Notes under the pieces: model-generated | What the model was told of the DNA's origin: nothing | Seen by the model: the letters and a program-made list of their open reading frames with translations, nothing else | Database searches by the model: none | Shown: positions 13,061 to 25,963 of the stretch, in pieces | How the letters are laid out: each line of letters opens with the position of its first letter | How positions within the stretch are numbered: position 1 is the stretch's first letter | Translations under genes and position numbers: made by a program | Assembly (NCBI GenBank): GCA_044892525.1 | Contig: CM097886.1 | Coordinates: forward strand, 164,040,312 to 164,104,311 | Origin: Schmidtea polychroa | Taxonomy: Eukaryota | Length of the DNA: 64,000 nucleotides | Reading direction: 5' to 3'

Positions 13061-13436
13061 GAAGTGTAAGTTTTATGCAGTGGGTAATAAATGTATAACT
13101 CAGAGGGGGGGGGGTGTTCATGAAATTATTAGTTTACCATTTTACAGACTAAGTATATATTGAATAGGTTACTTTCAGATTTTAGTACAATAGATAATGA
13201 AGGTAGGATTCAGGGGGGATGTTTATGAATATTTATAAATTAGTAGTTCCATATCATATAAGCTAAATATATATAAAAATAAGTGAATCTAGGACAATTA
13301 GGTAAATATATAACATAGAGGCTAGTTACGTAGATTTATCATTTTGACATTTTGTAAGTTAATTATATATCAAAATAAATTAGGATTTTTAGGTACTGGA
13401 CGGTAAGTATATAATTCAGAGGATCGTCTTATGAGA

Positions 13437-13882
13437 ATTCGTAAACTATCATTTTTACATTTTATAAGTAAATATAGATATCAACATAAGGTAGGATATT
13501 TATGCATGAAATTTTATAAGCTATCATTTTAAATATTTTATAAGATAAATATATACCTCAGAATAAGTTAGGATACTTATGCATGAAAATTTACTATCAT
13601 TTTAATATTTTATAGGATAAATATATACATTAGGATGAGTAGGGTATTTATGAATAAAAATCTACAAACTATCATTTTAATATTTTACAGGATGAAGATA
13701 CACATCATAATAAGTTAGGATATTTATGAATGAAAATTTGCAAATTATCATTTTAATATTTTATAGGATAAATATGCATCAGAATGAGTTAGGATATTTA
13801 TGAATGAAAATTTACCAACTATCATTTTAATATTTCATAAGATAAATATCTATACCAGAACCAGTTAGGATATTTATGAATC
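13437..13882. repeat. ~75-bp minisatellite, ~6 copies, inside LTR unit A
   Basis: TAGGATATTTATGAAT..CTATCATTTTAATATTT..GATAAATAT unit recurs at ~13492, 13569, 13640, 13716, 13790 and 13866. Confidence 0.85.
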
Positions 13883-14903
13883 GGATAATAATTATATAAT
13901 TCAAAGAACCATTTATGAAACCAGGTAAGTTGTACATATTCCAGTTGGGTTATAACTATGAACTGGTGATTCGACGACTTTACGACATTGGTAAGGAAGA
14001 TTGCCTTTTAAATTTAATCTGCAATTTCGTACTGATTGTAATGACACACTCTCTATGGAGATAACGAGAAAAGGGTGGTGAGGATAATGATAATAATTCT
14101 GGGGGTGATATTACTATTAAGGCAAAATAGAATTCCAATACCCATAAGGTAAGGATAAAGACTTGTAATTAATATATCATTGAACGTGATTAGATTATCT
14201 TTAAAATCGAACATAATTATGAATAATATCAATAAAATCTAATAACAATAGTTAATATTTAGCATATTGAATGATAGTTTGTGCAATTAGCCGACTACTT
14301 GATAACTTTTGTGATAAATTGAGTCTGGGATCTTTCCCGTTTAGCTGTTCCTAATGATGTATTTCCTATAGAATATTTGAGTGTGTACTTTAGATGTGTC
14401 GTTTACCGGAAGGTCGAATTAATTAAAATTTTCCTACTTTCCCGATTCAACTGAATACGGTACGATAGGCCTTATTGTAATATGTTTCCCGCGATTACTT
14501 GCCCGCATTTTATTTCGTCCGCATAGTCCCTGCGACTATGCCAACTACCTGGATGGATTTACCGCCCTACTCCTGGTTAGAAACCATTTGTTCGTGGCGA
14601 CCTTCCGGTTAAGAAATAAAAATGAAATTTAGTGCATGTGGGGTCGTAGACCCGTATCGTGCATGTAAAATAATTATTGGAAACAAGGCTGATCAGCGTC
14701 GTGGATGTAATCCGCTCACGACGACGCTGGTCACTCTTGTTCTGTAATAGTAGAATTAAAAAGTCAACAGGTTAAAAAATATAATAAACATAATAATAAT
14801 GAAACACAAATAAAAATGAAATTAATCAACAATCCTTACTTTCAGTGTTGTTCAAAGCTTCGATAAAAATTTTTGGCATACAAAAATATCTGAATTGTGA
14901 CGA

Positions 14904-14922
14904 AAATGCGTCGGTATATATA
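14904..14922 (+). promoter_or_regulatory. Conserved TATA-like core of the LTR family A/B
   Basis: AAATGCGTCGGTATATATA is identical at 14904-14922 and 32635-32653, 650-730 bp from the 3' end in both units, consistent with a U3/R boundary. Confidence 0.55.
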
Positions 14923-16591
14923 CCTATTTTGTACACGTGTATGTATTGATGCATTAAAACAAACTCGAATTCTTTTTATTCCAGAACTTTCTATTTTGTA
15001 ATTTTGATATTTTTAATGGCGATTTTTGCGTCATAATTTTTATTTTTATTTTTAAAATTTTATTTCCTAAATATTTTTTGCTAATTTTTCCTCCATGATG
15101 GATTTGGAACGGTTCCAGAACATTCCATATTACTTTTAATTCAATTTTTATTTTTAACTGATATTTTACGAATTTCTTTTTAAGAAATTTTATTTTTAAT
15201 ACTAATTTATTTATTTTTCTAAATTTTATTGTTTAAGGTAGCTTTTATGATGGTCATCGCCATTTTTATGGAATGTTCTGGGTTTTTCTGGAATTTTTTG
15301 CTATTTTTACCATCTTTTAAGTTATTCGAGTTTGTTTTTTGTAACTCTGTGTTTATTTGGCTATTTTGAGTTAGATTTTGCATAACTTCTTGCTTTTGTA
15401 TAATTTTATTTAATTTCTGTGTTTTAGGTTTTTGTTGTTTCTCTTCTAATTATTATTGTTTATTTGGTGTAGCTTTTCAATATTTAACTATACTTTTTGC
15501 TTTTTACATGTTGTGTAACTACGCATTTCCGTCACAATTAGAAGTTTGGGTCTAGAAATCAGTTCTAGCCCAACAATTGCAGTAAATAATTATCATATCT
15601 TCTCCAATAGTCAATATACCGACGAAAGCACGAACACTTGATCTGGAGATTGTATGAAGATTGTTGAAGATCTTGACCATCATCATAGAGATCTAATAAG
15701 ATAGAGAGCTAATAAGACGAAGGTTTCTGTTTCTTGAATTTCTAGCATATTTGATTTATTGATTTTGACTCGATTTGATGATTGCAAAGTTAAATAATTC
15801 ATTGTTTCTTTTTATATTGAATTTGATGATTTTTGAAAGAGACGGGATTATTTAAACAATGGTATTTAGTTTAATTTTAATTTAATTAATTTAATAATAT
15901 ATTTTTAGTTCAATTATTAAATTGATAAAAGTGGGAGTCAGAAGCACTACATAATTTTTTTTACTTTTTCCTTTAAAAAGTTTTAAATTAATTTTTTTCT
16001 TTCTGTATCCCCAAAATTTATTCTGTATCAAACAACTTAAATATCTGAAAATTGAGTCATATTCAAAATAATAACGAATTTTTTACAGAAGTTTTTTCTG
16101 AAAATTTATTATATTGATTAATGCACAACGTGAAAAAGCCAGGGGTTGTTTATTTTAAGAAAACATGAACATAAATACAAATTTTGCATTACTTTAACAC
16201 AGAAAGTTCTAATTTCCAGTTAATAATGATAATAACTTGGATTATTTTAGCCATTTTTACTCAATACTTTTTAAAGTTATTGAAAAATATAATAGCTGTT
16301 ATACAACGTAGGACACAAGAAGTTGCCACAGTTGTATATATCACTGGTTTCAGCAAATTTGGCAAGGAAGGGATATTTTAAAGATAAATAAAGTCACAGC
16401 AAAATGCGAATTGTCAGTATAACGGGTCATAATAAAATTTTGGTTCGAATTTAGATTGAAATATAATAATTATAATAATATTTGAATATATAATAATTAT
16501 TTATGTTATCATTAGTTAATTTCACCATAGATTTTATAATTTATCGATTCTATTATATCTGTAATATCTATAAGTTATTAAATAAGGCAAA

Positions 16592-16950
16592 GGTACTTCC
16601 GTGTTATCTTACCCCCAAAAATTAAATTATAAAATACAATTAAAATAACAATATAAAAAATTAGAGAATACATTATTGATGACGTTATTGAACATTATTG
16701 AACACGAATTTATTAAGGCTATCTGTGATTTATGTGAGTTTATGTGGCGCAAACGTGTTCTAAGCAACAGTGCCGATGTGTTCGACACTATTCTCAACGA
16801 CATTGTGGTTTTCTCGCCACCTGGATGACCATTTACAAACTCTTTACAAATATTTGCTGAGTTTGTAACTGTGATTTAGAAAATAAATATAATAATTATG
16901 TGTGTTCTTTTTTAATTTAATTTTTGGGGGTAAGGTAACACGGAAGTACC
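16592..16950. mobile_element. MITE, 359 bp, ~38-bp TIR (PIF/Harbinger- or Zator-like, uncertain)
   Basis: GGTACTTCCGTGTTATCTTACCCCCAAAAATTAAATTA vs the reverse-complemented right end: 1 mismatch. Flanked by AAA/AAA (possible 3-bp TSD). Confidence 0.8.
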
Positions 16951-17528
16951 AAAACAACTACTTTTAAAAGTTTTATAAAATCCGAAATATTTAAACAAAC
17001 TTAATCGCATGAATTAAAATCTAAAAGCATTTTACAATAATTAATTAATGCTTTATAAAGTTCATAAAATATAACTAATGAATATAATCACTTTATTAAG
17101 ATTGAAGTTAAGTGAATCCATTTTTATATAAAACGAGGCATTATTAAAAAGTATCTATTTTGTAAAATTTAAGTTTTTCCCTGGAGATTTAATTAGAAAA
17201 CCAATTAAAAATCAAAAAATACCGTTCATTTTAACAAATTGCGAAATAATTAATCATTTCAATCGCTAGATTAGATTAAAATATATTTTCAAAATGTTAT
17301 TTTTTGAATAATTTTTTAAAAATCGATTTAATATGTGCATTTTTTCAATCGTTTAATTTAGGAAAAAATATATTTTCTCACAAACATGTTCATTTGGTTT
17401 TTTGAGGAAATTATTATTTCTTCCTCAAATTGTGAATTACATTTTGCTTGATCAAAAACTTTAATTGTGTAGTGTTCAATATGTCTCTTGCAAACATTTT
17501 TAGCCATGAGCATTTTTCTTGTTCTTAA

Positions 17529-18290
17529 CCTCTTAATGCACAATATTTTTATTAATTTATGGTAGAAAATAATTTCTTTCAGAAAATGATAACTTACGCT
17601 ATTGTTGATTAGTTTTTGTCAAAAAAAATATTTGGTTCAAATTTTAATTTCGTATGATATATTTTAAAACACGGCTCAGTACAGAATCCAGCATTGCAAT
17701 TACCAAACAAATACCTCGTTTCTTTTCCAATTTTTATCCATTGCCGTCTTTTTTAACATATTGCGAGTTTATGTGTGAAACAGCCTTCTTCTAGGTCGAT
17801 AATTAAGAATTAAAACTGTCGAATAATATTAGATAATTAGTAAACTAGATAATATTAGATAAATATTAGCGTCGGTGTTTCTTACTCAACGTATTCCGTA
17901 AAAACAATGAGTTAAACGACACTCAACGTATATTTGTAATCAAATTCGTATAATCCATAATTTACAAAACACCGAATATCGCAATAAAATGTTTATTCTG
18001 ACTATTCAATAAGTCTCGCTGTATCCACTTTGGTTCTGCACGTTTTGCAACAATAATCACCTATTTTATTTACTCCTTTGACCAAACTTGATTCCTTTAT
18101 TCTTTTAGTTTTTTTTCTTTTTTAGCCTTACAATAGAGTTCTTCTTCCCTATCTGAGGCAAAATGCCGATTGTTTCTGAATTCTAGCTCCTTTATACAGT
18201 TGAAATAATTCCCTTGATTAATAGTATTTCAACTATATCGTCTCATTTTGATAAGCATTGATAAATTAAATAAATTAGAAATTAAAAAGC
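17529..18290 (-). pseudogene. piggyBac transposase C-terminal remnant and terminus
   Basis: Minus strand encodes KETRYLFGNCNAGFCTEPCFKIYHTK (piggyBac Cys-rich-domain pattern). TTAA|CCTCTTAATGCAC terminus at 17525-17541. Upstream boundary approximate. Confidence 0.65.
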
Positions 18291-19075
18291 AGTTTCAATA
18301 ATTCATAGCTGAGAGATAGTCAAAATAGAACTAATAGGTAACCAACATACTATCAAAGTTGACACAAGTAGATAAATCACTTATACACCAAACACCGCTG
18401 AGATACGTTTTCTGTAATATGACAAAAAAATCAATAATCTTACATTATAGAAACATACATACTTAATTTAAATTCACGCTGATATTCTCATTAATAGTGC
18501 AATGAGATACATCTTACACTATAGAAATTTAAAAAGTGGAAGAAAAATTAAATACTGCACACAAACACAACACATATTAAAAAACACATGCAAACTTTCG
18601 ATTCATAGAAATGCGCCGCTGAGATGCATTTCTATAATAACTCTATTTTAGACAAGTTTTAGAAAAAAAGTTATCACTGAAAATGTTTTTAAATGTATTT
18701 TTAAAGAAACTATTGTCATGAAAATAATGTAATATCATCGTAAGAATTATTTTTGAGTTAAAATTAAGTTAAATATTCATTAGAATTTCTTATATTTGGT
18801 TTAGAAATATTTTAGAAAAATACATTTTTGGCGATTGATTTAATTATTTAATTATAATTATAAAATAAATTTCATAAAATTCCTAAAAAACCTTACAATT
18901 ATTTAAAAATAATTTATAACACAAATGTTGACTATAAGTAATATTTAAGAACTTGAATAATGATCTCATATTTATATGGATCAAAATTCAAGTCTCAAAA
19001 TTTACTTAAAATCTTACCTGAAAGCCATTTTAAAATTGGCTAAAATAAATTTCAAGAAATGTAATTTATTAAATT

Positions 19076-19952
19076 TTTTGAGGATACCTAAATAAACAAT
19101 TTATAAATAAATAAATAAAATTACCTGTGGGAAGATCGTCATGACAAACGGGACGATCTATGGGAACTCAGAAAAGAAAACGGAAGTAAAAAGAAATTAA
19201 AAATGAGAAAGATAAAGGAAATAATAGGAATCAAACATGAAAATCAAAGCCAAGGTCAGTACTAATTAATTAGTACAAAAAGGAAAATGAATTTTGAAAT
19301 CAGGAAAAAAGGAAAACAACAATATTCTTATCTCGACAGCCTGCCAGTGATAACGTAATTGCTGGGAGAAGGCGGTCAAACAAAAAAGGAAAAAGGGAAA
19401 ATATCTCGACATCTGTCAGAGATAAGGCTGACATAGTGGGGAACGCAGAAGAAAATGGAAATAGGAAAACAAAATCTGTCGCCAGTGTCATAAAAAAACT
19501 ATATAAAGGAAAACTGGTGGACGAGAAATCAGAACAAAAAGTAGAACGAAAACAGAACAAAATTAGAGACAAAAAGAGTTAAAAAGGAGAATCAAAATAG
19601 AGTGAAAAGAGAAGTGACAAGAATCTTTTATAAAATTGAATATAAAGTAAAAGTGGAGTAAATAAATAGTGCGGTCAAAGCAAATAAAACAATTGATCAA
19701 CGTATCCCGTAATTGAGTAGTTGACGGCTAGTGATTATTGTGTGGTTACAGAAAAGGCTATTCTTCACGTAGTGTCGAAATAAGCTCTGTGTGATAAATT
19801 GGTTTATAATTAATTGATTGTAATTGAAATTTGTACAATTCCGTGTTGATATTAATAAAGGTTATTGTGTTCGAGAGTGTTGAATTGTGAATTAAAGACA
19901 TGCTTGGAGTCAGAGTAACATTCAAATTTATCACCAACTCAATAACCCAACA
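19076..19952 (+). mobile_element. Solo LTR (family D), 877 bp
   Basis: T(T)TTGAGGATACC...AATAACCCAACA; 4-bp TSD AATT. Ends are homologous to 51076-51880 and 58534-58811. Confidence 0.85.
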
Positions 19953-22773
19953 AATTGGTGAGTCAATTTAATGATGTCCACACTACCACTACTATAGAAA
20001 ATGTATCTCAGTGGTATTTGGTGTAGCAAGAAAATTTAGTGACAGCATAAATTAGTCAAAATTAGTTTTCTAGAAATTTTTTTAGTGTTGATGTAGTATT
20101 ATCAAAGGGAAATGTAAAATAATATTCTGTATTCGTTAATTGTAATTGGTTATATTTAAATTAGGCTGGAAAATAATTGTTTTATTTTTGGTGTATTAAC
20201 ATGCGAAATTCATTTACTTTATTTTACCTTGATTTGCGATAATTTATCGATATAAGTTGAGTTGTATCAATGGTTTGTGCTGTGGTTTGTTCTTATGGTG
20301 CCTGATGCAAAAAAATCTTTTGATAATTAGTGGGTAACTATTTTCATAACGCAATTTAGTCTGAAATTTTATGAATACGGTTTACGATTTATAAATATGT
20401 TTATTGTTTACCGACAACAAAGTTATTTATTTTCTTGAAAAAAGCAAACATAATTTATAAGAATTTTCAAACTTGAATATAATTTGCAGTAAACATGAAC
20501 CAAAATGGATGAGAGCTTTGATGGAATTGTTAAGCCTGCTTAAATGATTAGTTTGAAATATTTGGTTGATTTTAATGTATTTTTAGTCGGAGTACGTATG
20601 TACGAGAAATTGCAAAACCCAAACAGTCACCAATAAAAAATATGTCAGGAAGGTTTTGAGTGAATGATGTTAAAATGATGCTAAAAATATATAATCGTTA
20701 GTAACAGAATCTTATAATAAAAAGAATGATTATTAACTGTAAAATTTTATTAAAATAAGACTACTATTAAACAAAAAATAATACTAATCTCTTCTACAGC
20801 AAAAAATCATAATTCATATTAATTTCCATAATAATTTTTCCAATTGATTTTCTTTTTAATTATTTTAAAATTTCAATTTTTATATTCCATTCATTTCTCT
20901 ATAGTAAGTTGCCAAATCGATAGTTCGTGGACCCCAGAGCGAGCTCACTCTTTATTAACATTCACTCTTTCAACACATTACCAACATAGTCCATTCAACG
21001 CGTATCGAGTTGTAGGAAAGCTTTGTATTCTGGGTTCCCTGGAATCAGCACGAAAAGGTTTAATTTTGGTTATATGTAACTTAGCTCAAAAACGATTAAG
21101 TAATTTTATATTAATAAACACTATAAAAGGGGTTCTAACAAGTATGGATCTAGAAATTTGCATAATGATAGTGCATAACAAATAAAATAATTAAAAATTG
21201 GAAATTATGTCAGGACCTACACTCTGTAAAAAAGGCCGCCATTTCCTTCGATAGACTGTACTTTACCCTTTCCTCTCTCCAAAGAGTTACAGGAATTCTA
21301 CTATATATTTCCAGAAGGAAATTTATAATCTATTTTTGGTAACATATTTTTAAAAAGAGATCCGTAAATCTATTTTAGAATCAAATATAAATTAAAAGTA
21401 AACGTAAAATATTAATGTGATACAAAATCCTGTTGGTCATGGGTCACTAAATGATATTTATCTATATTTTCAATAAATGAGAAATAGACAGTTTTACATT
21501 TCATTACTTTTGATTTATGAATGATATCTAAATGGGAGTGTTTCATAACTTCATCATCATCGTTATCAGCATCGTTATCAGTATATTTAGCCTGTCTGAG
21601 ATTTGATTTTTCCTACTTTATAAGAATCCTATTTTAACGAGTATAGGTCGCACCTTTTGTCAGCCGATTGATAATCAGTAATAAAAATAGATCCCTTATT
21701 ATGACACATTCCAACAAATTTTAAAATGAATATTCGTAAAAAGAATATAATGCTGTATATTTGGTAGGAAATGAAAAGTTCTGTACATAATGTGCTCCTA
21801 CGCCATGAACAAACAATTACACGAAACAAATTGCAACAAACAGAACAGTTTGAATGAACAAATTAAAAACAAACAAACCAAACCAAACCGTAAAAAATGG
21901 TTAATGTATCTGCAACGGAGTCTTAAACAACATATCGCACTAATGATACAAAAGTGCCCAAGTTTGTTGAATTTCTGTTGTGTTATCAGTGAGATATATT
22001 GTTAAGGGTTGTCTTACAGAAACATATATGTTGCAGAACTATCTTTATAGAACACAATTCAAAAAAAGGCACTTGAAACCTGTGGGGATTTCTTCAACTG
22101 GAATCGGAAAGCTGTCTAAAGAACAAAAAAGTTGTAGGTATTAAGGTATTAAGTAACTTTTTATCTGCCTTTCTTTTTACATAATACAAACAAATGAACT
22201 TTTTTACATTAAAATTAATATTTAAATAATACATGCATTCAATATTAAAAAAATTTGATATTTTTTAAAATTTAATTTTTAAAAAATTATTCAAAAACAA
22301 TTAACAATAAAATTAATGCAACTTTCTAAAAATTACAATTTCAATTGCTGAATTAAAACAAAATAACAAGTGTTCTCAGAAAACATGAAATGGACAATTC
22401 GGAAATACATTGTAACATTTTCAGTGTAAACTGAAATGTTGGAAATTCTATGAAAAAGTCTGAAAATTAAAGCCGATTTGCCCGATTTTCCCAATGACTT
22501 TTATTTCCAGCCAATATTTTGGCACATGAACATTGATTATTTCATTGAAATCAATAATTATAACTTTTGACGGGTAAATATATAATTTTTCTTTTGAAGT
22601 TGAATTTTTGGAAATTTATTTTACTTACTTCTGACTTTTAAAAAATATGTAAAAAACAGCAGAATGGAAAAATCTCATTAATTTTATGAAAAAAAATTAA
22701 TTGAAATATTTCAGGAACTTTTTGAAGAAAAATTTAAAATGTACTTGTTGCTTTAAACTGCGGGCTTGGTTTT

Positions 22774-23153
22774 AAAAAGTAAAATTTATAAATTCATTTT
22801 CAAAAATCTAATTAAACTAAAAAAATTAATAATAATAAGAGTATTATAAGTATAAAGTGGAGATTTCTTGGTAGCAGTATTTATAATTTAAAACAATAAA
22901 GTGATAATTTAAGCCTTTTGCTGCGAATAATGTATTTAATGAAAAAATTTGTCAAGGACTATCTTATAGTCGAAAATGTTTTCATTAAATACATTATTCG
23001 CAGCAAAAGGCTTAAATTATCACTTTATTGTTTTAAATTATAAATACTGCTACCAAGAAATCACCACTTTATACTTATAATACTCTTATTATTATTATTA
23101 TTTTTTTTAGTTTAATTAGATTTTTGAAAATGAATTTATAAATTTTACTTTTT
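22774..23153. repeat. 380-bp foldback (long inverted repeat) next to an assembly gap
   Basis: Arms ~22774-22945 and ~22980-23153 are near-perfect reverse complements. The centre GACTAT-CTT-ATAGTC is flanked by an asymmetric spacer. The arm sequence also occurs at ~6130-6230. Confidence 0.9.
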
Positions 23154-23167
23154 CACTTTATTGTTTT

Positions 23168-23401
23168 NNNNNNNNNNNNNNNNNNNNNNNNNNNNNNNNN
23201 NNNNNNNNNNNNNNNNNNNNNNNNNNNNNNNNNNNNNNNNNNNNNNNNNNNNNNNNNNNNNNNNNNNNNNNNNNNNNNNNNNNNNNNNNNNNNNNNNNNN
23301 NNNNNNNNNNNNNNNNNNNNNNNNNNNNNNNNNNNNNNNNNNNNNNNNNNNNNNNNNNNNNNNNNNNNNNNNNNNNNNNNNNNNNNNNNNNNNNNNNNNN
23401 N
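23168..23401. other. Assembly gap (234 N)
   Basis: Run of N. Confidence 1.
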
Positions 23402-24523
23402 TTTATCAATTGAAAATAATTATTTCATAATCGAAAATTTTCGCATTTAATATTTGCATCAAAGACCTTATTTTATCATTTACTTGTTAAAAATTTTATT
23501 TATACTGCTACCAAAAAATTTTCATTTTAATTATACTAATAATAATAATATAAAAATGTCAATGTAAAATAATTTTTAATTATTATTTAAGATGGAAAAT
23601 TAATTTGAACTTGGCAATTTTAATTTAGGATTTATTTCAATTCTGCAATAAAATTTCATTTAAAATCAATTTTCAGAAGGCATTTGGCTACCCTGTATTC
23701 TACAATTCAGGCAACAATTCAGGTGTGAATCTTCATTATCTTATTCAAGATTATATTATTAGTGCTAGAACAGCATATTTGAGTCAGTAAATTTATTAAT
23801 ACAACTCAAGTAACGAATCACTCTTGTCGAGGAGTATCTAAAATAATTAAGTTGTAAGCAATACAAAGGCGTATACAGCACATATTGATTTATACAGTAA
23901 TTTGATACTCATGGTGCTCTTAACTACAATATAATATCATTACATGTTTATGTCATATACTTGGCATCATATGTGGTTTTCAGTCATCTTAATCTTATTG
24001 TTCATTTAATATAGTCATAAATTAATAATTAATATAAATTTATTATTCAATATAATCAAATAGATGTTGTCCTCTATTACAAATCCTAAGCGCTAGTAAT
24101 TTCCTTTAGCCATGGGGGATATTTCATCCATAAGACTTAAACGTGTTAATGATATATTATTTAAAATTACTAAATTGTTTGAATAAATGTTTGTTAAGAA
24201 CACTGGATTTAAAGGATATCGTGGTACAATAATTAGATTCTGAAACAGACCTGGTGCTTCATAAAATAAAGACTAATTTTAAATGACATTTTATAAAAGT
24301 ACTTAATGAACTATTAACAATTATGACAGAAAGAAACAAAAAAATTATTTAACTTAAACAGCTGTAAATCTCCTATTGAATTATTAAGAAAGATCTTTTA
24401 AGGTTTACTTAAACAAAAAAATATAATTATTAAAAGATTAAATTTAGTGATAAATAATTGAATATTTATTAGAGCAAACACCAATTATGAAAAAACAATC
24501 ACATAATATATAGAAAATTGTGA

Positions 24524-25456
24524 CTATAAATATTCATAGTCTTCGAAAGATTTCCTTGCGATTTCCTCTTCCTGTGCCATCTTACTTTGTTGTAATAAAA
24601 TCATTTTTAATTCATCCCTCCCAATTTTCCCATCATGATCAAGATCCCATTGGCCTAAAATTACTTCCTGGTAAAATTTCATTTTTTCTTCATCATATGA
24701 TTCGCCGGCCAATTCTAAAAGGTCTTTCAGCAATCCTTGTAATTCTTCATTCTCAATTGTTCCATTTTTATCCGTATCGTATTTCTTAAATACTCTATCT
24801 ATGTCGTAGCCAGTTATTCTGTTTACGTTTTTAAAAAGTGGTTTACAGAGATAATTTTCTTTAACGGGTAGGAGTCGAGCCATTTCACTCAATTGTAACT
24901 TACCATCACCATTTTCATCAAACAACTGTAGAATTGTATATGAATATTCTTCCAATTTTTCATCGGATATATCTTTAACATTGGACTCTGAAATCAAATA
25001 CCTTAAAAACTCTTTTAATTCATTTGCTTCAATGTATCCACTGTTATCACTATCAAATTTGCGCCATATCTTCATAAAATCGACACTAGATTCCAATGGA
25101 TTATCTCTTCTAAATAGCAAAAGAAAATTTTCGTCAGTTGGTAGCATTTGAGCAAGTTCTCCAATTTCAATTTTGTTATCTTCGTTTTCATCGTATGCTG
25201 CCATGAAGTCTTCTTTCATATCGCTCAAAGCGCTATCTGATATAATTTCTGATCCAATTGAACCAGGAACCACACTGGAAATAAATTCCCTTAGAAAACC
25301 ATCAAGTTCTTCACCTTCAATATACCCATTACCATCGGTATCGTAATGACACCATACCTCAAGAAATTGTTTTGCAGTGAAATTGGTCCAACGCCTTGTT
25401 TTGCTATCTCGGAATTTTGAAAGGAAATTTTCAACTTCATTTTTTGCGTCAGACAT
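24524..25456 (-). CDS. Cbp53E: Calbindin-32/calretinin/secretagogin-family hexa-EF-hand Ca-binding protein, 310 aa, single exon
   Basis: Six canonical EF loops (DTDGNGYIEGEE, DENEDNKIEIGE, DSDNSGYIEANE, DENGDGKLQLSE, DTDKNGTIENEE, DLDHDGKIGRDE). The N-terminus resembles Drosophila Cbp53E as recalled. Confidence 0.9.
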   Translation of the reverse strand: MSDAKNEVENFLSKFRDSKTRRWTNFTAKQFLEVWCHYDTDGNGYIEGEELDGFLREFISSVVPGSIGSEIISDSALSDMKEDFMAAYDENEDNKIEIGELAQMLPTDENFLLLFRRDNPLESSVDFMKIWRKFDSDNSGYIEANELKEFLRYLISESNVKDISDEKLEEYSYTILQLFDENGDGKLQLSEMARLLPVKENYLCKPLFKNVNRITGYDIDRVFKKYDTDKNGTIENEELQGLLKDLLELAGESYDEEKMKFYQEVILGQWDLDHDGKIGRDELKMILLQQSKMAQEEEIARKSFEDYEYL

Positions 25457-25963
25457 AATATTGAACTAAAGTTTAATAGTCTAGTAAAAAAATTAGTTGG
25501 CTTCTTTTATAATAAATTTCCCCTGGAAACACACCTTGCTGCACAATGCAATCGAAGTTTAATAATTCATTAATCAATACAAATCAATGTTTGTCGCTAT
25601 TATTTAGGCAAGTGAATTGTAAAATTTTAATATTTTTATTTAAAGTGTTACATATAATTTATATAAAAAATTATTTATCAATAAAAATTATACTATTTTA
25701 AAGTTTAATTATTTTTAATTGTTCCTATTTTTTATTTTTTCAGCTTAATTATTTTCAAGGAAATTCTCTAAATTTCTTCTTCCTTAAATTCTCTGTATAT
25801 TTTAAAAATACTAAAATAAAATTTCAATAAGATTCCGTATAATGAATTAACTTTGTAATGCTTGTTTGAATATTTCAAATCTATCTTAGTTATTTAATAT
25901 AGATTTCAAATAAGTAAGCATGACTAAAAGTGTTTTAAATTAAATTTTTATATATTATAAGAT

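Larger units (their letters stand above)
9498..15575 (+). mobile_element. Giant (6078 bp) solo-LTR-like unit A
   Basis: TGGTGGG...CCCAACA ends (TG..CA, 6/7 inverted match). 4-bp TSD ATTG at 9494-9497 and 15576-15579. 5' ~130 bp and 3' ~700 bp are homologous to unit B (31756-33380). No internal second LTR copy, gag or pol seen. Confidence 0.8.

Noticed and set aside
12721-13130. Poly-Asn protein ending in a CCCH-like finger (CKFYAVGNKC..H)
   Set aside because: Needs at least three frameshifts and the third Cys is missing; a decaying microsatellite explains it.
19300-19572. 90-aa hydrophobic ORF (also 51393..51611, 51487..51771, 51512..51751)
   Set aside because: Translations of purine-rich solo-LTR sequence; not conserved as protein between the two LTR copies.
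19953-19970. TGGTGAGTC after the 19952 LTR end as a possible primer-binding site
   Set aside because: No recognisable tRNA 3'-end match, and the AATT TSD closes the element as a solo LTR.
21600-22160. Several short frames with elevated GC (e.g. KALETCGDFFNW)
   Set aside because: No consistent frame, splice model or motif.
23158-23430. ORFs made of X residues
   Set aside because: Artefacts of the N gap.
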